From: Salpingoeca rosetta
Lineage: Eukaryota > Protista > Choanoflagellata
DNA: 64,000 bases
Assembly: GCA_033442325.1 (NCBI GenBank)
Contig: JAWQFM010000002.1
Coordinates: forward strand, 979,152 to 1,043,151
Direction: 5' to 3'
The translations under genes and the position numbers were made by a program. Under the pieces are notes generated by a model. It was not told the origin of the DNA. It did no database searches and saw only the letters and a list, made by a program, of their open reading frames with translations. Each line of letters starts with the position of its first letter. Position 1 is the first letter of the stretch. This document shows, piece by piece, positions 28,610-42,033 of the stretch.

Positions 28610-31600
28610 TCAAACAACAGACATCTCCGATTGCGTGTTCAGCTCGGCCAGCGTGACGTATGTGTGTTCTTCTTCGCACCGCTGCCGTTGTTTGGCTGGC
28701 GTTGTGGTGTCGCAGGTGGGCGATGTGGTGTTGTTGTTGAACATGCTGGTGTTGTTGTTGCCAAGTGCCTGCGGGGACGGCAAGGGAGTTGGGGAGCCGA
28801 CACCGTCAAACACAAACGACTGCGCGGATCGCACCATACTGTCGCTCAGCTGTTGGTTCAGGGCCGGCGAAAGCGGAGATGGTGTGCTGCTGCCCCTGTT
28901 ACGACGGAACGCCTCGTCGTTCTCACGCAGTGGAGACCCTTGTCGGCTCATGGGGGCAGACACCGTCACGCCCTCAAGCTCCCGCTGCTGCTCCTGCCGG
29001 TTGAACACCCGTCGCGCGTTGTCGTAGATGTGCGCGTTGGCGTGCGAGCCAATTGGCTGGAGATGCAGGGGCCGTGGTGGCGGCGGTGGTGGGACGTCGC
29101 CCCTGCGCTGCTCATAGAGGTGCTGCTGCGGCGACGTGGGTGACGATGGTGATGGCTGGCCGTGGTACACTTCAAAGTGGTGACGGATCATGCCCTCGCA
29201 GTCGCTCACACTCGACATGCGCGAGCGGCCATACACAGATGGGCTACGGCTCGGCAAGCGGCTTCCGTTGTTGCTCACTGCCGGCAGTGTCTCTGCCGCA
29301 TACGTGGTGCAGTCGTCATCGTCGTCGTTGCCATCCCAGTTCAGGACCAGCCGTGAGCTGCTGGCCACAGATGGCAGCTGCTGCGGTGACAGCTGCTGCG
29401 ATGACCCGCGGTGCTTGTCTCCGTGCACGCGCCAAGACTTGAAGCGCTCCCGTGCAATGGGGTCGTCCACAGATGCGCGCTCAAGGCCCACTGGCACACC
29501 CGTGCTGGAGGCGGCGTCGAAGCTGAGTCTGTCGCGGGAGCGGGAGGGGGGTCGGTCTGCGCTCGCATATGCGCCGCAGCCGACGGTGGCATCGGGGCGC
29601 GCAACGACCCCTGGCGGGGACTGCGTGGCCACAATGCCTGGTGGCGTGTTGTGCGGGCTGCCGGTGCAGTTGTGCAGCTCCTCGTAGATGTGCTCCTGTC
29701 CATGTCCGTGTCCCCCTTGTGACATCATGGCTGCCGTGGACGATGCAGAGGCGTAGCTGGACAGGGTGTAGCCCCGACGCCGGCGGCGACTGGGCCCATC
29801 TGAGCAGCGGAGGGACGACTTGCGCGGCGTGGGCGGGCTGGAGCTGCGGGTGAGATCCATGAGCGAGCCGCTGCGGCTGTGCGAGGAGAAGTGGTGGACG
29901 GTGCCCCGGAGAGACGCCGATCGGCGGTCGCCGCGGGAAAAGGAGGAATGGCGCGGGAAGTGGGAGTGCGGCTGCGTGCCGTAGGGCTGGTGGACGTGGT
30001 GGTGATCTGGCAGGTTGACGATGCTGGAGCGGGCGGAAGAGCACACGGACGAGCGAGCGCTGCCAAATGCAGAGTACTCCGAAGCGCACATGTTGACGCT
30101 TGCCTTTGGTGACCTGCGTGCGGCTGACGCACTTGGCGCGTCCATGTCGTTGATCGTCATCATCTCCGTGGACGCATATGGGGAAGCGATGCCGCTGGTG
30201 CACCTGCTTTGACGCGGCCCTTTGCTAGTCCTACCGCCCTGAACATCCATCTGCTGCTCGCGCGCGAGAGGCGATGACGGTGACGTCTCTGCCTGCGGAG
30301 ACGCGCTGCTGCTGGTGACGCGGCGGCGCTGCGGCGTTGGCGACGCAGGTACACTGATGCTGGTGGCAGCAGCTGTTGCTGTGCTGGCGGCGGCGGTGGT
30401 GGTGTTATCGTTGCAGCTCGTGGGCGTTGCTGGCTTGACAACGATGCATGGGCTCTCCCGTGCGGAATTGCCGTTGGCGGAGGTGATGGCTCCCTCTTCT
30501 TCCTCTTCGCCGTGACGCACCTGCTCGTCGTCGTCGTCGTCATAGTCGTCATCGTCCACCACAGCATCAACAACGGTCAGATACTGCAGTTGGTGCTGCT
30601 GCTGCTGCTGCTGTTGCTGTTGGTGCATGTTCGCGGCTGCTGCTGCTGGCTGTTGCTGCTGTGGCGCTGGGCCGGCGGTGGAGGCTGTGCGCCAGAGGGT
30701 GGCGGTGTTGAGGAATTGGCTGCCGGCGCGGCTGCTTGCTCTGCTGCTGGTGGCAGGGCTCGCTGGGCGCACAAGCAAGGGCTGGTCGCACTCTGCCAAC
30801 AGCTGCTCCAGCATCTGGATCTGGGACCAGTAGCGCAGAAGGTTTTGCAGGGTCTCGAGGAACTGGAAGCTGTCGCAGAGCTCAAAGACCCAGCGGGCGT
30901 GGTGCAGGGGTTTGAGCTGGTTGTCCAGGGTGAAGGTCAGCTGCCTGCCCGTGATGGCGACATCTTCCAGCTGGTCGATGGGGAAGAAGAGGCAGAAGTC
31001 CTCGTGTTCCACGTTGATGTTCGGGTATTGGATGCACAGCTCAATGTCACCGAGGATGGTGCCCTCGCAAATCTCTGCAGCGCAGGCGCTCACAGCTGCA
31101 GCAGTTGTGGTGTTGGTTTGTTGGTTGGAGACAGGGAGAGGGAGGCATTGGTGAGTGAAGGGTGGCCATACTTGTTTGGAGGCAGCGGGGGCATGGGCAC
31201 CAGGATGTAGCACGGGTCAGGAGAGGTGGCAGATAAGCATACACGCACGCACATGCACAGGCACAACATGCATGTGGGCACACAGACACACACACACACA
31301 CACACACGCACACAAACACACACACACACACACACAGACACACACACACACAGACACACACACACACAGACACACACACACGCGCACACACACACACACA
31401 CACGCGCACACACACACACGTACGCACACACATAGACACACACACACACACACATAGACACACACGAGCAAGTTGTGCTCACCGCCAATCTCTGCGATGG
31501 CGACCCATTGGCCCCACACCCACAACTGCTTCTTGGAGTTGTCAAATTCGGTGGTGCATGCACCCGACTCCGAAGGAAGGATGACACCTGCAATGTGAAT

Positions 31601-32383
31601 AGAGCAAGAAAGCATGGGCGAATGTGAGCAAGCATTGGTGGGCGTGGGCGCACAGGTGGGTGGTTTTGGGTTTGTGGTGTTGGAGCAATCCTTGCCCACG
31701 TGTTTGGTGTGACACAAGAAATGCAGCACCTGCACACGATGACTCACGCACCGCAGGTGGCGAGGGCGCGGGCAAAGCGCAGGGCAAACGCCTCATCCAT
31801 GTCCAGCTGTGCCAGAAGCTTGAGCAGCGTCTTGGACGAGAACGAGCTGTATGTGATGTATGTGTGAACATGTGTGTGTATGTGTGCGCATGTGTATGTT
31901 GGTGTGCATGTGGGTGTGCATGTGGGTGTGTAAGCTGAAGGTGAGTATCAGAGCGTACATACAACAATGCACAAACTCAGCAGATTCCCGCACAAAGTCA
32001 GCGGTAATGACTTGCTAAGTCACTTGCAAGTCAAGGGAAGACTCTTACGTTGCCTTGCCCTTTGCGTGTGCTTTGGGCTGGCTGTCGCGCATGAGGTACT
32101 TGAGGGTGATGATGATGGCGATGGTGTCTGTGCGCGCGCGGCGGCGCAGGTTGTGCTGGTTGGCATACTTGGAGGCCTTCTTCTTGTTGACGCGCAGGAA
32201 CTGGTGCACCAGGCGAGAGGAGAGCCCGTGTGGGCGTGGGCTCTGGGTCCTGCTGCTGTTGCTGCTGCACTGCTGCGACGCATATGCGCTCTGCTGGTCC
32301 ACGGGGGAGCTCCGCGAGTGCGCTTGGCGGTGCATCAGCCTGGCGAAAGAGCCTTGCGGCGCAAGCCTGGACTTGCCACTCAT
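28610..32383 (-). CDS. Uncharacterised protein: short folded PH/PTB-like region followed by a long disordered tail with tyrosine-phosphorylation and proline motifs; 4 exons (about 32383-32049, 31847-31753, 31587-31483, 31075-28610)
   Basis: The four exons join in frame through GT-AG introns. The terminal exon is about 2.47 kb and open. Motifs HIYEEL, HLYEQ, PPPPPPR, HIYDNA, HTYVTL and C-terminal MSVV*. The fold assignment is inference only. Confidence 0.7.
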
Positions 32384-33265
32384 GGTGGAGGTGGAGATGG
32401 AGGCTGTCTCGAGGGAGGTGGCGCGTCGTGTGCTGCTGACCTCTTGTGGGGTGGTGCTGGTAGTTGCTCAGCTGCCTTCCTTCCGCGTTGCCCAGGAAGA
32501 GCTAAGCACAAGGATGGCGTGGTGTTGAGATGTGCTGCCCGTGGGAGATGTTGGAGAAGAAGAACCTGCACGGCAACGTGACGGGTGGATGTGGTCTGTG
32601 CGTGAATATGCTGCCCACAGCAAGCTCGCTCGTGTGTTTTTGTTGTGATCTGCTGGGTCTGTCCAAGCGAGGTATGACAATACGCTGCTGAGAACAAGGT
32701 CACGGGAGCATGTGCTGGTATGTGCGCGTGCTGGATGGTTGGATGGGGAAACTGCAAAGACGCAAGGCCAGTGGTATGTGTATGCGTGGATGATATCTGT
32801 ACCTGTGAAGGGCACTGAGCGGCGGTGCAGTGAGCTGGGGGGTGGCGGCAGTGGTTGTGTTGGTTGCGGCGAAGGAATAAATGGCATGCTTGGCTTCGTG
32901 CTCATCATGGCATGAAAGGCAGGTAGCGTTGACGAAGCGTTGGCAGTAGCGAATGGTAGCGAATGGTAGCGAATGGTGCAAGGAGCAGTGGTCGCGTTTG
33001 ACAAAATCGCGACGGTGCGGCCGCAGCACCGCCTGACGAAAGGGAAGACCTGCATCGCGCAATCTTCACACCGAATAATTTTGTTGTTGTTGTGTTTATT
33101 GAAGGAGCGCGAGCAGCACGATGGTGTTGCTGTTGGTGTTGTGATATTGGCACGTGAACAGCACCACCGAGCCGCCACGGTGGTAGGTCTGGCGAATGTG
33201 TGGTAGACATCGCGAAGCGCAGATGCACCAGGTAGGACCAGGGAACACACAGCGAGGCTGACCAT

Positions 33266-33416
33266 GAACACGCGAGATTCGACACACAACGAGCGAGGTG
33301 GTACACGAACACGCGAGATTCGACACACACAACGAGCGAGGTGGTACACGAACACGCGAGATTCGACACACACAACGAGCGAGGTGGTACACGAACACGC
33401 GAGATTCGACACACAA
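33266..33416. repeat. Intergenic minisatellite, about 3.6 copies of a 41-43 bp unit GAACACGCGAGATTCGACACAC(AC)AACGAGCGAGGTGGTACAC
   Basis: Units start at 33266, 33307, 33350 and 33393 and differ only by one AC dinucleotide. Confidence 0.92.
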
Positions 33417-33469
33417 GCCTAGATGTGACTGCTCTGGCGTGCAGTGCCACTGGGAAGTGGCGTGACCAA

Positions 33470-33477
33470 CCAATCAG
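33470..33477. promoter_or_regulatory. CCAAT box (CCAATCAG), candidate NF-Y site upstream of the docking-protein gene
   Basis: Canonical motif in an intergenic position next to the minisatellite. A short motif that could occur by chance. Confidence 0.3.
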
Positions 33478-33806
33478 GAACGCACACTGCCGTCCTGCAG
33501 GCCCAAACGTTTGATATCTGTGCACGTTGCACAATCACGATAAATTGCAAAACGAAGAAACTGCTCTTCGACCTAGCCATGCAAGGGGAAAACAAATGGC
33601 GAGTCAGCCCAACAAGTCGCAAATCGCACAGCTCGTCCAATTCGCGAATGCTCGTCACATCTCGTCAGACGCATCAGCCAGCAAGTTTCCGTGTGCCACG
33701 AACCAGACGCTCGCTCACAGGCAAAGTGAGTCCTTTGCACTCCTCCCCACTCCTCCCAGCTCCTCTGCTCACTCACTCATGCACCCGTGCTGGCGACTTT
33801 GCTCAC

Positions 33807-33931
33807 CTTTCTGGGAAGCGGCAAGCTGCTTTCCTGGTTGCTGGGCCTGATGTGGTGATTGTCCTGCCGGCGGCGCAACAACCAGCCGCTTCAACTCATC
33901 CACCTGCGCTTGCAGGTCCTGTCAAGAGGAG

Positions 33932-34003
<72 letters not shown>

Positions 34004-34567
34004 TGGTGGNNNNNNNNNNNNNNNNNNNNNNNNNNNNNNNNNNNNNNNNNNNNNNNNNNNNNNNNNNNNNNNNNNNNNNNNNNNNNNNNNNNNNNNNNNN
34101 NNNNNNNNNNNNNNNNNNNNNNNNNNNNNNNNNNNNNNNNNNNNNNNNNNNNNNNNNNNNNNNNNNNNNNNNNNNNNNNNNNNNNNNNNNNNNNNNNNNN
34201 NNNNNNNNNNNNNNNNNNNNNNNNNNNNNNNNNNNNNNNNNNNNNNNNNNNNNNNNNNNNNNNNNNNNNNNNNNNNNNNNNNNNNNNNNNNNNNNNNNNN
34301 NNNNNNNNNNNNNNNNNNNNNNNNNNNNNNNNNNNNNNNNNNNNNNNNNNNNNNNNNNNNNNNNNNNNNNNNNNNNNNNNNNNNNNNNNNNNNNNNNNNN
34401 NNNNNNNNNNNNNNNNNNNNNNNNNNNNNNNNNNNNNNNNNNNNNNNNNNNNNNNNNNNNNNNNNNNNNNNNNNNNNNNNNNNNNNNNNNNNNNNNNNNN
34501 NNNNNNNNNNNNNNNNNNNNNNNNNNNNNNNNNNNNNNNNNNNNNNNNNNNNNNNNNNNNNNNNNCG

Positions 34568-34645
<78 letters not shown>

Positions 34646-37600
34646 GGGGGAGAGGTGGATTGCGATGACGCGATGCAGAAAAGGGAATCAAGGGCATGGT
34701 AAATGAGGGGGAGCAGCAGCAAGGTGAGGAGGGAAGCACAGCGGCAATTGGGTTGGTGATCAATCAATAACGAGCTGCAGTCATGCATTATACACACGCA
34801 CACACACACGCGCACACACGCACACACACACACACACATGAGCGCGTCGGACGAACGCAAGCGCACAAGCCACGCATCAGCCAACCAACCAACGAACGAA
34901 CCTCAATTTGCTTGTCCTTGGCCTTCAGGTCCGCTCTCAGCAGTGACATGTTGCGGCTGGAGGGCGTCCGTGAGCCCGGCTTTGTTCCCGTGGTCCCACT
35001 CGTGCCGTTGTTTGCACGACTGCAGTGTGCCAAACACAAAAGTCGAGACAAGACCGTGAGAATAGACCGTGAGAATAGACCACGTAGGTGGTTAACACAA
35101 AACAGCAACATTAAGTGCTCGCAAGGACAAGAGGGTGAGAGGATAGCCCATGGGACAAGAGAGCACACATGATACACCGTCGCTCGTACATGGGTGATGG
35201 CGGGACACTACTTGTGAACGACGATCCAGCAGTTGCAATAGGGTTGGTGATGCCCTTAGGTGCGGGCGGTGCCGTGAACCTGAAGAAGATGTTCACATGC
35301 ACACAAGCATTAATCACACATGAGGCACTGCAGCACACACAACAAACCCGCACGGCAACACACAGCACAAACGAGGGCACAGCTCAAACAAGGCACAGCC
35401 CAACAGCAACAGCCAAAACACAATTCCCAAACATCCGGCACCCCCTCTACACACACACACACAAACAAACAAACAAACAAACAAACAAACAAACAAACAA
35501 ACAAACAAACAAGCACACACACACACACACACAAACACACACACGCACGCATGCACCACCCGGCATCAAGCACCAGCAGAACACCAGCGACTACGCACGC
35601 TGGAGGAGCGGCGACGGTTGTGGACAACGCGGAGGAAGCAGGGGCGCTGTCATCGCCTATGGCTGGGCGACCCGGCATTTGCAGAGCAGGCGGCACGCGG
35701 CGAGTTGCCAACGGCGAACTTGTCGTGTCGTCTGCTTGTTTGTCTGCTGGCGTCGATGCCGCAGTTTCTGCGGCTGCTGTTGCTGATTTTGTTGTTGTTG
35801 CTGCTGGTTGGTCTGGTGGAACAACGGCCGGCTTGCCGCCCTGCTGTGTCGGCTGTCGCTGCTGCGGCGTGTGCTGCCCATCCTGCTTCGTGTCTGCAGA
35901 AGGCGCCTTCTTCTCAGATGCCACAACGCGAGGCACCTGCAAGGGCGCCTTGGCCTTGTTGCCATCCGCCACAGAGCTCACAGAAGCGCGCGAGCCAACA
36001 GACTGCTTGCGTAACGCTGGGACAACACGGCCCTGCTGCTGCTGCTGTTGTTGCTGTTGTTGTTGCCCCGATGAACGTGTTCGCTTCTGCTGTGCCAGAT
36101 CTTGACGTTGCTTGCCTTGAGCACCACCTTCATTTGCCGCCAAAACATTGGTTGCTTGTGCTGTCGCGTTGGACGCACGACGACTCTGCACACCGCCACC
36201 CTCTTTCCCTGCAACCCTCTGTACCCCACCGCCTCCTACGCCCCCACTTCCTCCTCGCGCACCACCACGGTCCCCGCTGCTGCCATCACCCCCACCGCCC
36301 GTGTTGCGTGCGGGGCTGGGTAGTGCAACTGCAGGCGCCTTGAGCGTCGGGTTCTGCACAAATGATCCTTGCGCCGACTGCCGCGACGGCGCTGCTGCCG
36401 TCCCCACAGCTGTTGCCGCCGTCGCTGTGTTCGTCTGCTGTGCGCCTGTTGCCCCGCCCACGCTTGGGCGAGTCATCTTCTGCAGCACCGTTACGGTGCT
36501 GCTGGTGCGCAGCTTGATGCTCTGCGATCGAGAGTTGATGGGTGTGCGGATGGCAGCCATGGCGCCCTGCCCGACCTTGGGCAGCTGCGTGCTCCTCCTG
36601 TCCAGTACTGGGAAGAAAGGCGCTGCGATGGATGGTGGCGTGGATGGCAGGCTCGGCCGGCGAATGCCAATGGACGCGCGACTCGCCGTGCTCGCCTGTC
36701 GCCGCAGCGGTGCCGGTGCTGGTGCTGGCCTCACACCGTGCCCAGCACCATGTACACTGGGCGACCTGTTTGGCGGGAGGCGTGTTGGCGGCGGTGGTGG
36801 GCGCCGTCTTGATGGTTCTGCAGGCGTGTGTCCTTTCGACTGCAGGCCGCTCTCCACACGCGCCTTGGACGGTGTTGCTCGGGCGTCCGCCTCCCCACGC
36901 TGCTGCTGCTGCTTGCCCTGCTCCTTGGTCTGCGCGCCCGCTGCCTCATCAAAGGGGTCCGATGTCAAATCCTCTGCCAGCCACGTCTGCGACGAGGAAA
37001 CGAGTGCCTCACCCTTCTCGTCCAGCGAAATGTCGTTTGCCACGCCCATGCCGGCGTCCCCGCCCTGGCTCATGTTCTGCCGGAACGATTGCGTGCGCAT
37101 CGTCATCCCCAGCACAGACTCGAGCGGGTCCGACGGAATCTCCATCAGCACAGCAATGCGGTGTTTGCAGGCGGCGATACCACGCACGATGCTAATCAGA
37201 TCCATGGACAGTCGCGACGTTGTCGAGTTGCCATCATCATCATCGTCGCCATCATCGCTGCCACCATCAGCGTTACCACCATCTCCCTCAACGTCTGCAA
37301 GCGTCTCTTCATCACTAACACCACCATCACCGTTGGTGGCAGCACGGTCGCTGTTTTCCACCGGTGCTTGTGCGGCATTTTGCGTTGTCCCGTCCTTCCC
37401 AGAACCTGTGTTTTCACCCTGCGCACCAGCCGCATCCCGCGCCGCGCTGTCCTTTGCCATCTTCTTCTCCTTCTCCTTAGCTTCCATCTCTTTCTTCTCC
37501 CTCTCCCTTTTTCTCCTTCGCTTTTTCCTCTTCTTCCTCTTCCCCCGACCACCACCACCACCACCACCACCACCACCACCACCACCATCGTCATCACTAC

Positions 37601-40082
37601 CACCATCACCGTCAAGGTCCCCACCATCCTCGTCAATCGCCTCCATCATGTGCTGCTCTTCTTCATCGGACGGCAAGTCGTCCATCCCCGTCAGCCGAAT
37701 CCAGCTGGGCTGTGTCAGGTCCTCCACCGTTTCGTCCTGGCACTCCTTGGGCTTGAAGCCCAGGCCCCACGCAAACAGGCGCGTGTAGTCGTCCAGCGAC
37801 ATGACGCCGTGCTTGGTGACGACGTCCTTGCCAATGGCAGAGACCACCACAAACCCGTTGCCCACCGCTGCCTGCTTCACCTGGTAGTCGGCCAGCGTGT
37901 ACTTGACAGACTTTGGCTTCTCCCACGCCTTGAGCGGCTTGCACGTCCCATTGCCCAGCTCGCCCTGCTTGTTGCTGCCCATGGTGTAGCACTTGCCCGT
38001 TTCCGTGACCACGCACGTGTTGCTCTCCCCCAGTGCCACGTGCACGGCCTTGCCGCGCCCCGTGATGCTGTTGACGAGCGTAAACGCGTCTGCCTGGTCG
38101 ATGGTTGTGCGGCGAAAAATGCCAAAGGTGGAGTTGATGCCCAGCTTGTTATTCTTGTTGCAGCCGGCAGCCAGCAGCCGCCCGCCCTCCATGAGGATCA
38201 TGGAGGCGTTTGGCCCGCAGAACACGCGCCGTGGCTTCATCACCTCCGGCAGATCCACCTGCCGCGGCACAAGCGACGTCGGCTGCTGCGTGCGCGAGTG
38301 CCCGAGCTGCCCGCAGTCGTTTGCGCCCCACGTGTACACGCGCGCATCATCCGTGATGGCAGCCATGTGGTGCTCCCCAACGGCCACAGACTTGACCTCC
38401 TGCGACAGCAGCTTCTCCACAAGCTTGGGCCGCATGCACGTGCTCGTGGTGCCGTGGCCAAGCGCCCCCGTGTCGGAGCGCCCGCACGTCAGCAGCATCC
38501 CGCTGTGCGTGAGGAACGCGCTGCACTGCCCGCCTGCCGCAATGGCAACGGTGCCTCTGTCGCCCAGCGCAGCCACGCGCTCGGGGTGGGCGCGCGGGGT
38601 GGTGTCGCCGAGGCCAAGCTCGCCCCACGAGTTCTGGCCCCAGGCGTATATCTGGTGCTCCATATCCAGAGCCAGGCAGTGTTCCATGCCGCACACGACC
38701 TGGGTCACCTTGCGGGAGCTGCCAAACTGCACGCGGGAGATGGTGGTCTCGTGCACGTTCCAGTAGAAGACGGAGGACTCCATGGGGTGCGACGGCGTCT
38801 GCTGCTCCTTGCTGCCGCTCTCTGCCGTCTCTGCCGTCATGCTTGGCAGCTGCAAGTTGCGCAGGATGGGGCGGTTGAGGAGGTCTGTGCACGTTGGCCG
38901 CCGCGCCGGGTCTGTCTGCAGGATGGTGGCCACCATCTGCTTCAGCTCGTCGGAGTACGGGCCCTCCATCCCCGCGTATCGCGCGCGCATGATCTTGTGC
39001 ACCAGCGCGGGCAGGTTGTTGCCCTGGAACGCCTTCTGTCGCTCTGCCATCTCGTACAGGATGCAGCCGAGGGACCACACATCGCTCTTCTCGTCGTACG
39101 GCAGTCCACGGCACAGCTCGGGGGAGATGTAGTAGGGCGTGCCCACGATTGTGTGCGCGTGCTTGTCGTGCGTGCTGACGGCCTTGGAGATGCCAAAGTC
39201 ACCCAGCTTCACCACGCCCTGCTTGGTGAGGAAGACGTTCTCGACCTTAAGGTCGCGATGCAGGATGTGCAGGCTGTGCACGTACTCGAGGGCCTGCACC
39301 AGCTGCTTGAAGATGCGCAAGATCTCCTCCTCCGGGATGGGCTCCTTGCTTCTGTGGATCATCTGGTCAAGCGTGCCGCCGTCAGCGTACTCCATCTCAA
39401 TGTACAGCGTACCGTCCTTCTGGTACTTGTCGTAGAGGCTGATGATGTTGGGGTGGTCCACAAGCATGCTGAGGAGCTTTGTCTCGTTCATGGCCAGCTC
39501 GCGATCGTGCGGCTTCATGTCGTGCAGGTTGATTTCCTTGAGGATGACGAGGGCGCTGTCGGTCTTGCGGCGGTACAGCACCGCCTGCCCAAACGCGCCT
39601 TTGCCCACCACGCGGATGCGCTCAAACAGGTCGTCGATGTTCTGGTCATCGCGGCGACGCCGCTGCTGCCGATCACCGCCCCGCTTGGGCCGTGATGTGC
39701 CTGCTTGGGTGGACGACGTGAGCGACGTGGTGGATGAGGACGGCGACGCTGGGTCGGAGGACAGGGCAGATGATGATGATGTGGCCAGCGCCGCTGCTGC
39801 TACCGCCTTGTCCTTCTTATGTTGCTTAGAATCCCTTCGGCGCTGCTGTTGTTGTTGCTGCTGTGGCTTGGCAGGGGTGGTGCTGGTGAGGCCCGCCTGC
39901 TTCTTGTTGGGTGCACGTGTATCTTGGTGGGCCTTGGCTCTGTCTGGCACACTCCTGCGGCGAGGCAGCGGCGCCACGGGTGGTGCTGCTGTTGCTGGTG
40001 TTGGTGACGGCACGGCTGCATTTGGTTTCGCTGGAGCCCGTGTTGCTGGCTGATGCGGTTTGGCCCTTGGCGATCGATCCAT
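33807..40082 (-). CDS. NIMA-related kinase of the NEK8/NEK9 type: kinase, RCC1 repeats, long disordered region, C-terminal coiled coil; 3' end uncertain
   Basis: [46 protein letters not shown]1 repeats [55 protein letters not shown]. First exon about 4.5 kb, then small exons near 35175-35279, 34902-35020 and 33807-33918 encoding [14 protein letters not shown]|[13 protein letters not shown]. Stop codon not securely located. Confidence 0.9.
34010..34565. other. Assembly gap (556 N) in a NEK intron
   Basis: Run of N flanked by (GT)n on both sides. Confidence 1.
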
Positions 40083-40865
40083 GGCCTATCTGTGCGTGGG
40101 TGTGTGCGGGTGAGCGAGTAAACATGCGTGTGCGAGTGCGTGCGCGTGCATGTGAGTGCGTGCATGTGAGTGCGTGTATGTGAGTGCGTGTTTGTGTGTT
40201 TGCGTGTGTGAATATGTATGAGTGTGCGTGTGCGTGCGTGCGTGTGTGTGTGTGTGTGTGTTTGCGTGTTTGCGGGGCTGCCAACACAGGTGGATCACGT
40301 CATGCCACAACACCAACGACGGCAGCAAACACAATTCACATTGAACCGCGTGTGTGTGCGTGTGAGTGAGCGTCTGGCGAACAGCTACAGGAAGCACGAA
40401 CCCATCGCAGGCAACTGCTAAAAAAATGAGTGACGCACCTGCTGCAACCTCGGCGGTCAAAGAGGAGCTGAGCACAGCAGAAGGAGGGCCGAGATGAGTT
40501 TGAGTGGTGGGTGGTGTTTGGAATGGATGCGGGCAGATTGGTTGACAACTGTTGTTGTGGTTGTGTTGAGTTCCCCCAAAGGACAGGCAGGCTGCATTTT
40601 ATGTTGTCGCTTTTCAACAACAACGCAACGGTGCGAGCGGTCGGTGCTGGTGATGATGGTGGTGGTGTGTGTGGATGTTCGCATGTGTGTTGGTGATGGT
40701 GGTGATGGCCTGGTGTTGTGGCGGTTGTGTCTCGTGGGCCGCACGCTGTCTGGCAGTGTGATCCATACATGCAGCAACTCAAGCTGTGTCCTTTGTTTGG
40801 ATTGGTTGTGCTGTGGATGTGATGTGAATTCAGGCGAAGAAGAAGCAGAAGAAGAAGAAGCAGGA

Positions 40866-41442
40866 ATGGACGTGTCAGAGGACAGGGAGGAGCGCCCTCA
40901 CGGCGATGACTACGATGAGCTCTCACTGGTGGGTGGTTGGTTGGATGATTGGGGAAGGATGGGGTTTGAAGAGGGGGTGACTCGCTCAATGCGCCTGCGA
41001 ATGCACACACGAACAATTACACTCACTCACGCACACACACACACACATTGACTCACTCATACTAACGCACACTCACGCTTACACTCACTCACGCACGCAC
41101 GCTTGCACACTCACTCACATAAACACACTCACTCACATAAACACACTCACTCACATAAACACACTCTCTCACTCGCACACGTCGCAGACCGGAGGGGAGC
41201 GGAGATCGAAGAAAAAGTCATCGCACAAGAAAAAGTCGTCGCACAAGAGCGATCGCAAGCACAAGAAGAAGGACAAGAAGAAGGACGCCAAGAAACACAA
41301 GAAGCACAAGAAGAAGCACAAGCGATCCAGCAGCTCCAAGGACCGCTCCAGAGGAGGCAGCGGCAGCGGCAACAGCAGCGAGTCATCGGTGCGTCACACA
41401 CATGCACAAGAGTACACACACAGGAGTACGCACACACACACA

Positions 41443-41511
<69 letters not shown>

Positions 41512-41936
41512 GAGTGAATGCGTACATCCGATGGCAAGCACCCCCCTTTCTTCCTTGTGCGTTCTCGGTCTGCAACCCCCCTTCCATCCCGCCCGCTCAT
41601 GCATTGTCTGGCTTGTGTTGTGTTTCAATTCTCACGCCTCACTTCGCTTCACGTAGGATTCAAGCTCCAGCGGCGACGAGTGGGTGGAAGCCGGCAGTGA
41701 GCCAGCAGCAGCACCAACCAAGGTGGCCGACTCGGGGCCTGCTGTGCCAAGCGCACATGAAATCGACACGGCGGCGAGTGCTGCAACTGCGGCAGAGACG
41801 GGCGGTGATGCCGGTGCGCAGCGAGACAGCTGGATGTCACTGGAATCCTCGACCGACTTCTTCTCGTCGTTTGCCGCCAAGGACACGCGAGTGAAGAAGC
41901 GCGACATCCGCGCAGCTGAAAAGGCCAAGCGGGAAG

Positions 41937-42033
<97 letters not shown>

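Noticed and set aside
32380-32757. ORF whose TGA overlaps the docking-gene ATG (ATGA), suggesting termination-reinitiation
   Set aside because: The ORF has no protein-like features and starts inside a probable intron. Such overlaps arise easily by chance.
33266-33416. Regularly spaced repeat resembling a CRISPR array
   Set aside because: The would-be spacers are identical, so it is a plain tandem repeat. The context is eukaryotic and there are no cas genes.
36828-39695. 955-aa ORF antisense to the NEK kinase, and similar long antisense ORFs over talin, MCM2 and myosin V
   Set aside because: Shadow ORFs expected from GC-rich codon usage on the opposite strand. They have no recognisable domains.
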